This document shows positions 1 to 11,500 of a DNA stretch of 34,670 bases, in pieces. The stretch comes from Macrostomum lignano (Eukaryota). The number at the start of each line of letters is the position of its first letter. The first letter of the stretch is position 1. The notes under the pieces are model-generated. The model was not told the origin of the DNA and searched no databases. It saw only the letters and a program-made list of their open reading frames with translations. The translations under genes were made by a program, and so were the position numbers. The stretch covers positions 1 through 34,670 of the forward strand of contig NIVC01004807.1 of the NCBI GenBank assembly GCA_002269645.1. The letters are read 5' to 3'.

Positions 1-3000
1 ATTGCGGCTATCAACCGGCTCCACCGGGACAAGGCACCGTGCACTGTCCCACCTGCGCCCACCAGCCTGCCGCTTCAGCGCCGCAGCCCCGCTGCGACTC
101 CGGCCCCCTCCGCGGCTGCAGGCTCCACTGGCACCCACCAGACGCCAACGGCTACGACTCCACCTCCCCCGAACCCCGCACCGGCACCCCCGCCCCCCCT
201 GATGGCGCAACCAGCGCGGGCGGGGGCGCCGAACAACAGCGGGGCGGCTTTCCGCATCGTCCAGCTCAACGCGGCAGGGCTCCGCTCCGCAAGCTGGAAC
301 TGCTCCACTTCCTGGAGAAGCAGGGCGCCGACGTCGCCTGCATCAGGAGACGAACCTGTCCGGCAACACAGCGGCCCCACGCCTCAAAGGGTGGCAGATC
401 GCTGGCCGGAAGGACCGCAACATCGGCCGCGACGGGGAGGCAGCCAGAACCCACCACGGGGGCGTCTGCTTCCTTGTCAAGGAGGGCATTCAATTCGCCG
501 ACCTTCCTCTAGGCGAGCTCGTCACCCACGCCACGTCCGCCGAAGCCTCGGGCCTCCGTATCCACGACCCCCGGCTACCACGTCCCCTGGATGTGATCAA
601 ATCTACCTCCCGCCGGTCCGCGCCGCGGACGGCCGCACGGACGCCTTCGAGCCCGACTGGATCCCCGTTTCACGGGACTCGTTGGTGCTGGGCGACTTCA
701 ACGCCCACCACGGGATGTGGGACGCCTCGGCGGACGACGACGAGCTGGGCAGGCCCTCGAAGACTGGGCGACGACCTACGACCTGGTCGCTCTGAACGAC
801 GGCTCCCCAACTAGGATCAGCCCCCGCGGCCTGCCGAGCTCCCCTGACGTCTCCTTCGCCCACGCCTCCTGGCAAGACCGGATCGAGTGGCGAACCGGGG
901 AGCACATCGGCTCAGACCACCTGCCGATCATCATCGACATCGCAGCCTCCGGCCCGGCCCGCTCCAGCTCCAAGCGCCTGACGCGGTACGCCTACCACAA
1001 GGCGGACTGGGACCTGTTCCAGCGGACCCTCGACCAGGCCCTGGCCAGCTGGCCGGAGCGCCCCCCACGCACGGTGCCCGTCGCCGCCAACCGGTTCGCG
1101 TCCGCCGTCACCAGCGCCGCCAAGGCGGCCATCCGAGAGGCTGCCGGCGCGCCCCGATCGCCTGGTGGTGCCCGGAAGCCGAGGCGGCCTGCACCGCCCG
1201 CCGCGCGGCGCTCGAAGCGCTTCGCGCGAGCCCGGACGACCCGGCGCTCTCGGCCGCGTACCAGGCTGCTGCCGCCGCGGCTGCTCACGCCATCTGCCGC
1301 GCCAAGGAGTCGCTGTGGCGTGATTTCATCACTGACCCGGGTCACGACCTGTGTTCCGCCGACCTCTGGCGGATCATCCGGGCCCTCGACGGACGGTCCC
1401 AGGGCACCCCCTCGTCGGCTGCCATCCAGGGCTCCACGGGGGCACCGGCCGTCTCCGACAAACAGAAGGCCGCGCTTTTCTGCCGGGAGTACGCGCCGTC
1501 AGCAGGCTCCCCAAGAACAAGGCGGAAGACCGGCCGGTCATCCAAGAAGCCCGTCACACGCTTCGCGCCCCCTGCAGCTGCCAAGGCCTCCGCAGCGGCC
1601 CCTGCTCCGACTTCCAGCCCGACGCCCTCCGCCGCGCCTTGGTGCGCCTGCCGGACCGCTCGGCCCCGGGACCGGACGGTGTCGCGAACATCATGCTGAA
1701 GCATCTGTCCGAACTGGGGCTCCGCTGCCTCCTGGACCTCCTGAACCTCTCGTGGAGGACGGGGGGGGGGGGTGCCCGCCCCGTGGCGCCTTGCGGAGAT
1801 CCGCCCGATCCCCAAATCGGACAAGCCAGCCGGCCTGACATCCAGCTTCCGCCCTATCAGCCTCCTCAGCTGCCTGGCAAGCTCGCGGAGAAGATGGTGA
1901 ACGAGCGGCTGTCCTACATCCTCGAGGCAAATGACGCTCTCCACCCGTCGCAAGCCGGTTTCCGTCAGGGCCGCTCCACGGAGGAGCACATCGCCGCGGC
2001 GGCCCAGTACATTTTTGACGGTTTCCAGGCCAAGAAGCCGGCAGCCCGCACCGCTCTGCTCCTTGCAGACTTCTCCAGAGCCTACGACCGCGTCTGGAGA
2101 GCCGCCCTCATCGTCAAGCTCGGTCGGAAGGGGATCCCCACGTGCCTCATCCGCTGGCTCAAGGGATTTCTCTCCGACAGGAGGGCCTTCGTGCGGTGGG
2201 TTAGTGCGGCCTGCAAGCCAACCGTGTTCTCCGAGGGGCTGCCGCAGGGGTCGGTCCTCGCCCCGATCCTGTGGGTGATCTACATGGACGACCTCCTGGA
2301 CGGCGCCCCCACGAACTGCCTCACGCTGGCGTACGCCGACGACAGCACCTTCGGCGCGCAAGGGACCACCCCTCGGGAGTGTGAGCGGGCCCTGCAACCG
2401 GCGGCCGACTGGCTCGTGCGCTGGTCCCAAACCTGGAAGGTGGACCTGAGCCGCACCAAGTCGGTCGTCGCTTTCTTCTCGCTCGACCCCCGGGAGGTCA
2501 ACGGAAAGGTCCAGCCGCGCATCCTCCTCGGCGACTCGCCAGCTCCGTTCGAGCTGCATCCGAGGCTCCTGGGAGTGCACCTCGACTCCCAGCTGACCTT
2601 CCGCCACCACGCCGAGCTCCGGCGCCGCGCCCTCCAGCAGCGCACCGGCGTCCTACGCTGCCTCGCGGGCCGCGACTGGGCCAGGACGGCCAGCGCCTCG
2701 CCCAGCTCTACCGCACCTACGCGGAGGCGGCCGCGCTCCACGGCGCCTCCACGTGGCTCACCTTCGCGTCCGACTCCTGCCGGGACGAAGTCGAGATTGC
2801 GCACCGATCGGCCGCCCGCGTCATCACTGGCTGCTGCCGCTCGACCGCCATTGGCGCCCTCATGGCTGAGGCCGACCTCGTGCCCCTGGCGACCAGAGCG
2901 GAGGCGGCAGGCGCAGCCCTGTTCGAGCGAGCCCTCCGTCACCGACAACCGACTCCGCTCCGCGCTGCAGCGGGCAAGACCTCTACGCCCCGCTTGCGCG

Positions 3001-4105
3001 CTCACGGGGAGCCTGGGGCCTTCCGTAGGAACTGGCGCGACTCGGCGCAGCACCTGAGCGCCGCCGCCGGCCTGGCCACCCTCCCCGGGAGCAGGAAAAC
3101 CTCCCTCCGCCGCCATGGTCCGACACCAGCCGGATCACCATCCGCTGCGACCTCCTGACCGCGACCTCCCGAGAGGAGGCGCCCCACGTCAGAAAGCTGG
3201 CCGCGCTAGAGACGCTGGCGAGCCTCCCGCCGCCGACCTGGAGCTCTGGACAGACGGTTCAGCCTCCGGGGGCACCCTCAACGGCGGAGCGGGGGCGGTC
3301 ATCTTCAGCAAGACCGCGCCGCCAGTCCACCTGTCGCAGGCTGCGGGCCGTTACTCTTCCTCCTTCCGTGCCGAGGAGTCGGCTCTCCGGCTGGGGCTTC
3401 AGCACGTCGCCTCCAGGCCGGACCTTGCCTCCCTGAGCGGCCTCCGCTGCCTGACGGACTCGCAGTCCCTGCTCCGAGCCCTCGAGAAGGGACCGTCCAA
3501 GTCCTCCTCGCCAGCGTGCCGGGAGATCTGGACGCTGCTGACCCACGTCGCCGCCCGCTTCCCAATCTGGCTGCAATGGGTCCCCAGCCACTGCGACCTC
3601 CGGCGGAACGATGCTGCGGACGTCACCGCCAAGACCGCGGCCGGCCTCCCCCAGAACGAGACGCCGATCGACTTCGGGTCAGCGCGGGCCGCCCTCCGCC
3701 GGGTCCTCGCTGAGCGCACCGCGAAGCCAACGCGGCCGACCCGCACTGCGCCACCCACCGTCTGGCAACCGCCATCGCCGCCCGCGGCCACGCCTTAACC
3801 GGGCCGACGCGGTGACCCTCGCCCAGCTGCGCACGGGCCACTCACCGCTCCTGCGCTGGTATCGGCACCGGATCGGCCTGGACACCGCCGCCACCTGCCC
3901 CCGCTGCGGGGCCGCCGACGAAGACGTGGCCCACGTCCTCCTGCACTGCCGGGCCCTTGACGACCTTCGGGCCCGCACCCTAGGCCAAACCCGTCCCTGG
4001 CCGTCCTCTCGACGGACGGCCTCCGCGCGCTCGATTTCCTCCGCACGGTAGGGGCGCAGACACGCCCCCCGGATCCAACCGGCCGGGAGTAACAACAACA
4101 ACAAC
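1..4105 (+). mobile_element. Non-LTR retrotransposon (APE-RT-RNase H-Zn knuckle; I group, probably Ingi-like), 5' end outside window, several frameshifts
   Basis: APE motifs across frames (RIVQLNAAGL, LGDFNAHH, GSDHLPI, ~250-940). RT motifs (APGPDGV, QAGFRQGRSTEEH, DFSRAYDRV, GLPQGSVLAP, AYADD, LLGVHLD, ~1660-2600). RNase H (WTDGS, SSFRAE, TDSQS, QWVPSH, NDAAD, ~3245-3640). C-terminal CPRCG...HVLLHC knuckle. The last frame reads FLRTVG...GRE-TAA directly into (AAC)5 at 4091-4105. Clade assignment is by domain order and tail only. Confidence 0.93.
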
Positions 4106-4142
4106 GTCGATTTGTTACGCTCTCACTTTCGGCCGATTTTAG

Positions 4143-4227
4143 AAATCAAGAAGACTGCTCAGAAGGAAGAAGCTTCAAGGAGACGAGCTCTACAGACGCG
4201 TGCTACAAAGAAGAGGAGCCCACAATA
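4143..4227 (+). other. Possible isolated internal exon of a host gene
   Basis: Flanked by tttag acceptor and gtaagt donor and open in more than one frame. No recognisable product. Confidence 0.25.
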
Positions 4228-5219
4228 GTAAGTGATCACTGACTTTGTTCCCAGGCTTAAGTGTCTGGAAGTGGGAGTTTTCGGGTGACTGATCACCACC
4301 CGATCAAACTCTTCAGCAGAATATATGGGCAGATTTTTTGCATTTTGTTTTTTTCATCTCAGCATACTCTGTGTGATGCAGCAGCGGACATGGTTTGTAT
4401 TTCTTCTGGTCTGACTCTCCCTTGCTCTGCCAACCCTGGGAATCCAGGCCCTTAGCGAATGACTCTCCTCGATGAGTCACTCCTTACGCCCACCTCACTC
4501 CTCCTTCACGGCCTACTCCTTTCCTCCTTATTAGCAGAATCGAGCTATTGAAGACCCTTTCCGATGTCTATGGCCCAAAAGGAAGTCCGTGGACCAACCA
4601 GTTTTTTTATTTGAAGTTATTGGGTTGAGCTATACTACTAACTATCAAGGACCACTGGAATGTTATAGTCTATAGTCTAAAAGTCTATACAGTCTATAGT
4701 AGTCCTTGCTAACTATATATGACATACTAATGCCCTGGTTCAACTGTTGATTTCTACTCCATTTTGTTTTGTTAAATAAACGCAAACAGGAGTGTACAGC
4801 GGCCCTAAACCTTATCTATCATTAGGCATGTACACTTCACTGTGCTTTGGGGGTTGGCCCTCGGGGCGTTAATTTCACGAGCAGAGCCAAGCCGAGGTTC
4901 CAATTTAGCCAAAAAATTAGCATCAAGCCTGGGCCGGCCATGGTCCCCATTAGACGTGCGTTATAGTTACAATGAAAAGCAATTCTCCCCACTAAAGGAT
5001 TCAATAGCCTGCGCAGTGTCTCGATTGGCTTGGAAAATGTCATACTACTACATGTAGGGCAAGCTATTCATTACTGTCACTCACTATGCCGTATGCCGCC
5101 CTTTAGCTAGCATTTCACTGCCTCGATCCAGACAAAAGATCAACCCCCCTACACACGGGCCCTCCTTCCCTGTACTGACTATAGCACTCACGTGAATATT
5201 GATGTGAATACTATTTACT

Positions 5220-5368
5220 TTGACATCTCAGCAATTCCCCCCGTAAGCCTTGACATCTCAGCAATTCCCCCCGTAAGCCTTGACATCTCAGCAATTCCCC
5301 CAGTAAGCCTTGACATCTCAGCAATTCCCCCCGTGAGCCTTGACATCTCAGCAATTCCCCCAGCGAGC
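5220..5368. repeat. 30-bp minisatellite, ~5 copies (TTGACATCTCAGCAATTCCCCCCGTAAGCC)
   Basis: Direct head-to-tail copies with no spacers; gives the SLDISAIPPV periodic ORF. Confidence 0.95.
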
Positions 5369-5595
5369 TTTCAACAGTTTGATTAACCCAAAAAGCATTA
5401 AATTGGAAGCCCTGTGTAGGCTTGCAAAATTTCTTGTATACACGAGCACGATACTCCAATAAAATAGACTTTTAAGTGTCTCAATTATTTGTTAATTATG
5501 AAGAAAATCATTTGCTACTGATACTACTAAAGAATTAGATAAGTAGTAATATTCTTTCGTCAATACAAATAAAAGTAAAACATGTCTGCTATGCA

Positions 5596-7590
5596 CAGGC
5601 GCGTCGCCACCGGGGGACAGGGGGGGGGACATGTGGGAGCACGAGAACTTCCCGCCGAGATTTGCCCGCCGAGATTTGCCCGCCGAGAATTGCCCGCCGA
5701 GATTTGCCCGCCTAGAATTGCCCGCCGAGATTTGCCCGCCGAGAATTGCCCGCCGAGAATTGCCCGCCGAGATTTGCCCGCCGAGATTTGCTCGCCGAGA
5801 ATTGCCCGCCGAGAATTGCCCGCCGAGAATTGCCCGCCGAGATTTGCCCGCCGAGAATTGCCCGCGAGCGAATTTTGAACAGCGCATTTGGCCACGTGGC
5901 AGATTTTGTCTGCATTGCCTCCCTAATGCTTAGTAAGACTTTATAAAGAGATTTACCCGAACAAACGTTTTGATAGTAATTGCATATCAAATGCATATTT
6001 TTTGGGAGGGGGGGGCATTGCAGACAGAATCTAGCTGCCAAATGCGCTATAAGAAAAAAGCATTGCGGGCAAACCTCGGCGGGCAAACCTCATGGACCCG
6101 GTGTTACACTTAAGACTATCCGGGTTTTTTTTGTCTGGCCCGGATATCCGAACGCACTTACGATGTCCGCCCGGATACTGCCAAGCAAAAAACCTGCTTT
6201 GTTTTCTCCTTCCCGGATATCTCGAGCTGCTTTGCATTGTCCGGGCACTTTGAGATGTCTCTCCCGGACATCCTACGGGCTACGGCACTGACTCTGCTAT
6301 CCGGCCCGGAGATCACAAGAAGAGAAGTTGTCCCAGGACATCCGACTGTAGGTTGAAAGAGAGGGGTCAGCCTGCGGAGACAGAGGTTTGCTTTAGGACA
6401 TCCGGCTACTGATATCCGGGGCTAGAGAAAAAGCAAAATTTCGAAATCAATTTCCGCAAAGTAGAAAAAACTTTTGCTACTTTTTTCAATTGGCAAACAT
6501 CTTTTTGCATTTCACACACTCCAAACAGAAGTAAAATTAAAGCTATTGCTACTTATACATTGTCAACCGAAAAAAACTGTTACTTGATTCACCAATCTAC
6601 ATGTAATTCGATCAATCAAAACAGGCGATCCGCTGAATGAATCGTGAAGTTTTTGCTCTTTTGTCTGATTTTTCTTTTTAGATCATCTCTCTCTCGTACT
6701 GGAATTTTCCGGCAGCTCAACATACAACTCGTCGTTCAAAACAAACATTTGTTAAAAACACTTGGTTCAGCGATACTTTAGCCATCGAGAGATGATCAAT
6801 TTTCCTAAACGATTTAACGATTTCTAAACGATTTCCTTTCTTGGAACTTCGACAAGAAATAAACTCTATATATCTTAAAAGTTACGTTAATATACTCGTA
6901 ATTTGCGCAACACTTTCCTTTGTCGGCTATTAGCTCGTACACTGATCTTCATTGCACGTACGCTTGTAGTGCTGGCAATGTGACGCCAGTCCATTATCGA
7001 TTTATTCTTAGACTGCACCTCATTTTCCCCTCCACTGTCTAAGGTGCAGTCAGGGCCCTTCCTGGCCTCTGAGTCAGCCCCGTTCTCTCGAAATGATGTC
7101 CTGTCCCATTCACATGCGCTTTCTCAGGTAAATAACTTGACCACCTTGCCACCCAAATCTTAATTTATTCACCCCGGACAATTTAAGACCCCGGATATTT
7201 CAAAGCCCGATTTCGTTGTGCCTTGGATTATCCAGGGTAGGTTATCGCAAAGCGACAATAATTTTGCTTTGCGATGTCCCCCGGATAAATTAAGACCCCG
7301 GAGAACAGAAAGCCTAACACCGGGACATGTCCCCCCCCCCAGTAAAAGCTATGGGGCCATGGGGGACATGGGGGACATGCCAATACTTTGCCCCTCACCT
7401 TACCTTGGGACCCGTTGTGACAATTAATAATTATTCTTCCGGGCGCCAGAATATAGCGCTTTCGGCGCCAAAATAAGTGCCTGCGGTGACAACACCGATT
7501 CTCAAAATATGGACATGTAGGAATTTAGTCATGTCCATGTTGAATTCTTGGCTTTGACCCCCCACCATAAAATCCATGGCGACGCCCCCG
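5596..7590. mobile_element. Non-autonomous hAT-like DNA transposon (~2.0 kb)
   Basis: Identical 8-bp flanking duplication GCTATGCA at 5588-5595 and 7591-7598. Imperfect 14-bp TIRs: CAGGCGCGTCGCCA vs reverse complement CGGGGGCGTCGCCA (12/14). Subterminal GGGGGACATGT / ACATGTCCCCC motifs near both ends. No transposase ORF seen. An 8-bp TSD is the hAT signature. Confidence 0.75.
5645..5870. repeat. Composite 10/15-bp tandem repeat (CCCGCCGAGA[A/T]TTG units)
   Basis: Directly visible; produces overlapping periodic ORFs on both strands; inverted partial copy at ~6065-6092. Confidence 0.93.
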
Positions 7591-7614
7591 GCTATGCAAG
7601 ACATTCAGTTTGGT

Positions 7615-7790
7615 GACATTGTCTCTGAGTTTTGCGCCATTCTCTCTGAGTTTGGCGCCATTGTTTCTGAGTTTGGCGCCATTGTCTCTGAGTTTGGCGT
7701 TATTATCTCTGAGTTTGGCGCCATTGTCTCTGAGTTTGGCGCTACTGTCATTCAGTTTAGCGCCATCATCACCTCTTTGGCGCCGTTGAG
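7615..7790. repeat. 21-bp minisatellite (TTGTCTCTGAGTTTGGCGCCA), ~6-7 degenerate copies
   Basis: Directly visible just outside the right hAT-like end; gives the AIVSEFG periodic ORF. Confidence 0.88.
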
Positions 7791-8517
7791 GCTTTCAAAT
7801 TGTTTTTGTTCATTCTGAAGTTCATGAAAGATAATAAAACTCAATTCACGCGGTTCATGATCCTATTGGTTTAAATATGATTAATCTAATGAGAATTACA
7901 GTTTATCACAGAATTTTGCTGTATTTATTTGTCAGCTTTTCGAAATCTCAATTATGGCACTATCACGAATGACTTGCCTACCCCTGCTCTAAATTAGGAA
8001 TCTATTAGACCTCTAGGCTCAAGCTTTTTTTCCGAGTCTAAAATGAGCCGTGGCATGGTTCCAGAGGCCGGCGTAGGGTTCTTTGGGCGCCCCCCCTTCT
8101 CACGTATGTCTCTACCCTCCCCTCCCCGTGTGTTTGTGTCCACCCAGTCCGCCCAGTAATAATTTCTCTGTGCTCATCTTCACTGTCTTGAACTTCTTAG
8201 CTTACTTAATGCCTTCATTGCTTATCAAACGCGCGTGTGTGCGTATGTGTGGTACTACGTTTTGTGTGCAACTGGCTAAAAAACCTTATTATACTAAGAA
8301 GCTTCAACCTCACCCTGCATATCAGCATTGACCCAGTGCTGCTTTTTAAAAACGAGAGAGATAGAGACCTGCGGGTAGCGAAAGACACGATTCGAACGGC
8401 CTACCGCGCATAACAGAGCTACAGATTTTTTTTAGTCTAGCAACAACGCCTTTTAAAGAATGAATTTTTCCAATGCGCTGATTTATTGCGACAATTAGAG
8501 CACAGGAAAAAAAGTAG

Positions 8518-11500
8518 ATGGAGCCGCTCATGCAGCTGGTGGTTCCCGAGCTTGATGGCGGCGTCTTGAGACCGCTATTCGACACTATGCTCCAACAAGG
8601 TGTCAATGCAACTGACGACGTTGAATGCAGTGCCAAAGCAAGCACTGTTAGTCAGAACCGCAGCTTCTGCGAACAGAATGTAACCTACGTGGACCTTGGC
8701 AAACCCTTATTAGCCTGGTACCTTCAAAGGTTAAAGTCTCAGGTGCCGCTGTTCGTATCGGCTGGACTGATCTGGCTGATTCTCCTGGCAGCACTGATCG
8801 CAGTCTACTCTCGACTAGCCAGGACGACTAAAGTGCATGAAGCTCACAGATCTAACAGCCCTGTCGAGCGGAAACACCTGCGACCATTGTTTGTCTTCCT
8901 GACCTCCATAGTTCTGCTCATCGTCATTGGCGTTGTGCTGGCCGTGCTGCACTGGGCTGGACGAGCTCGATTCTCCGGAATGTCCGATCTGGGAGGCTGC
9001 AGAAACGGGACGAAGGACTGTGGCGACGACCAGCAGCAGAGGCAGCTGTGGAATCTCTCATCTGGCACTGGTCGCACGCACATGGTTGCCGCGTTCCGGC
9101 GGACAATTGACGAATTTGACGCTTTCGTTGAGCAGTTCATCGTAGAGACCAACGCCACGGTGCTAGCGGTGTGCAAAGAGGCCCTACCAGAAGTTCTTGC
9201 CGTACTGCAAACTGTTGCAACCGACCTGCTGGACAGGCTGGCCAGAGACTTCAAACTGACGCCTCTGTTGACGTCCTTCGATGAGTTCATCAATCTGGTG
9301 AAGCTGCTGGTTGCCAGCATGCGGGCAATTATGGAGTCCCGCGACACCGTGGTTGAGCCACTCGTCCAGTTCTCTACGCTGGTTGACTCGGCCAGGCGAG
9401 ATCTGCAGGAGCTCACAACCGATGCTTGCGCCTCGAACGCCTCTTCCGCGCCAACCTCAGCCGCGACCGCGGATCTGTGCCGAAGAATTTCTGCTCAACT
9501 CAACCTGCTGGACGTTGGCATTGATCAGCGACGCTTAAAGTCGGACAGCAGCGTGACAGTTGTCACATTGTTGGAGAAGATGTTTAAGCTCAACTTTAGC
9601 CAAGTTGAAGACCAGGTTAAGAACGCCAAGGGTCAGCTGTACGGCAGTCTGGAGCTAGTTCGAGCCGAAGTGAGAAAACTCTTTGATAAATTAACTCTTG
9701 AAGTGTCGCAAAACTTCAACGCGGCCCTGACAGATGCTGAGTTATTTCGCGACGGAGTACGCGGTGCCAAGAAGGACCGAGGATTCTTGGACGCCATGAA
9801 AACTGTGGACAGCCTTGTACACAGCTTCACAGTAGCGCTGGCCTTTGGCAGTGTTGCATTTGTAATCATTAATGTCATTGCAATGTTCATCTCGATTCGC
9901 TACCTGCTTAGCTTTCGCGGTATCAGCAGCGACAGTACAGACGGAGGAACAGATGGAGAGCAAATCCCTCTGCAGTACATTGGGAATGGAAATTCTGCGC
10001 CAGTAGCCAATGGCAACGGACGTTGCATCGAGTTGCCGTTCCTTCAAAACAGCGATATCGTCCGGGTTGACCAAAGACAGAAGGCCAAGGAGCCTCGCGA
10101 CTGGCACCTGGTCTGCCTGTTTGCCAGCGGTTTGCTGGTTCTGGCGGCGCTGATCTACGCGTCCGCGGTGTTCTACGCTGGCGCCGAGACCCAGATGGAC
10201 GCGTGCCGCTACCTGACCACGGAGACAGGCATCAGCTACCTGGATCAGCGCGTCTACAGTGCAATGATTAACAGGTTATGGCCGCTAGTTGAAGCATTGA
10301 TGCCAAATCATTTGATTGATTATTTGGGCTTCAGCAGCGATTTGATGCCGAGAGAATTGCTCAGCACCATCGTGAGCCGATGCGGAAACGACTCGGTGAC
10401 AATCTTCCAAGCTCTCGGCCTGAGCAGTGCCGGGGCAGTAGTCAACGCCAGCCAGTTGCTGCGTGCGCCATTCGTGACCAGGGAACTTAGCAAAGGCGGT
10501 GAAATGATACAGGTGAAGAGGTCTTGAAGAGTTTTCGTTTTCTACTTGTAGACGGAGTTCGCAGGGATTAGCTTTTTTCTCCTAGAGGTGAACGCAGTTC
10601 CGCCATAAACAAATTCCCAAATGTCAGATAGATAAATCATTTCATGCAGAAGAAGGGGTGATGAGAGGCGAGTGAAGAGACGAGAACGGAGAGAAGAGAC
10701 GAGAGGGGAGATGAGTGAGGAGAGAAGAGACGAGAGGGGAGAGAGGAGGGAAGAGGGGAGAGAAGAGACGATAGGGGAGAAAAGAGACTATAAGAGAGAA
10801 GAGACGTGAGGGGGGGAAGACGAGGGGAGAGAAGAGACGAGAGCGGAGAGAAGAGACGAGAGGGGAGAGAAGAGACGAGAGGGGAGAGAAGAGACGAGAG
10901 GGGAGAGAAGAGACGAGAGGGGAGAGAAGAGACGAGAGCGGAGAGAAGAGACGAGAGCGGAGAGAAGAGACGAGAGGGGAGAGAAGAGACGAGAGCGGAG
11001 AGAAGAGACGAGAGGGGAGAGAAGAGACGAGAGCGGAGAGAAGAGACGAGAGCGGAGAGAAGAGACGAGAGCGGAGAGAAGAGACCAGGGGAAAGAAGAG
11101 ACGAGAAGGGAGAAAAGAGACGAGAGGAGGAGAAAAGAGACGAGAGCGGAGAGAAGAGACGAGAGGGGAGAGAAGAGAGGGAAGAGAAGAGACGAGAGCG
11201 GAGAGAAGAGACGAGAGGGGAGAGAAGAGACCAGGGGAAAGAAGAGACGAGAGGGGAGAAAAGAGACGAGAGGGGAGAGAAGAGACGAGAGCGGAGAGAA
11301 GAGACGAGAGGGGAGAAAAGAGACGAGAGGGGAGAGAAGAGACGAGAGCGGAGAGAAGAGACGAGAGCGGAGAGAAGAGACGAGAGCGGAGAGAAGAGAC
11401 CAGGGGAAAGAAGAGACGAGAGGGGAGAAAAGAGACGAGAGGGGAGAGAAGAGACGAGAGCGGAGAGAAGAGACGAGAGCGGAGAGAAGAGACGAGAGGG

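Noticed and set aside
1-200. 2A-like peptide or PHD finger expected at the start of Ingi elements
   Set aside because: Only a partial HCPTC motif is visible at the window edge and no NPGP; insufficient to call.
75-4104. Many long antisense and alternative-frame ORFs over the LINE (e.g. 1342-2610, 2280-3116)
   Set aside because: Expected from very high GC content (stop-codon depletion); no motifs outside the RT-encoding frames.
5192-6086. Periodic ORFs and a CRISPR-like look of the 30-bp repeat
   Set aside because: Repeats are head-to-tail with no unique spacers, no cas genes are present and the context is eukaryotic; the ORFs are repeat artefacts.
8062-8345. Possible hAT-like end (CAGAGGCCGGCG...) upstream of the prominin-like gene
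   Set aside because: No matching inverted end or TSD found.
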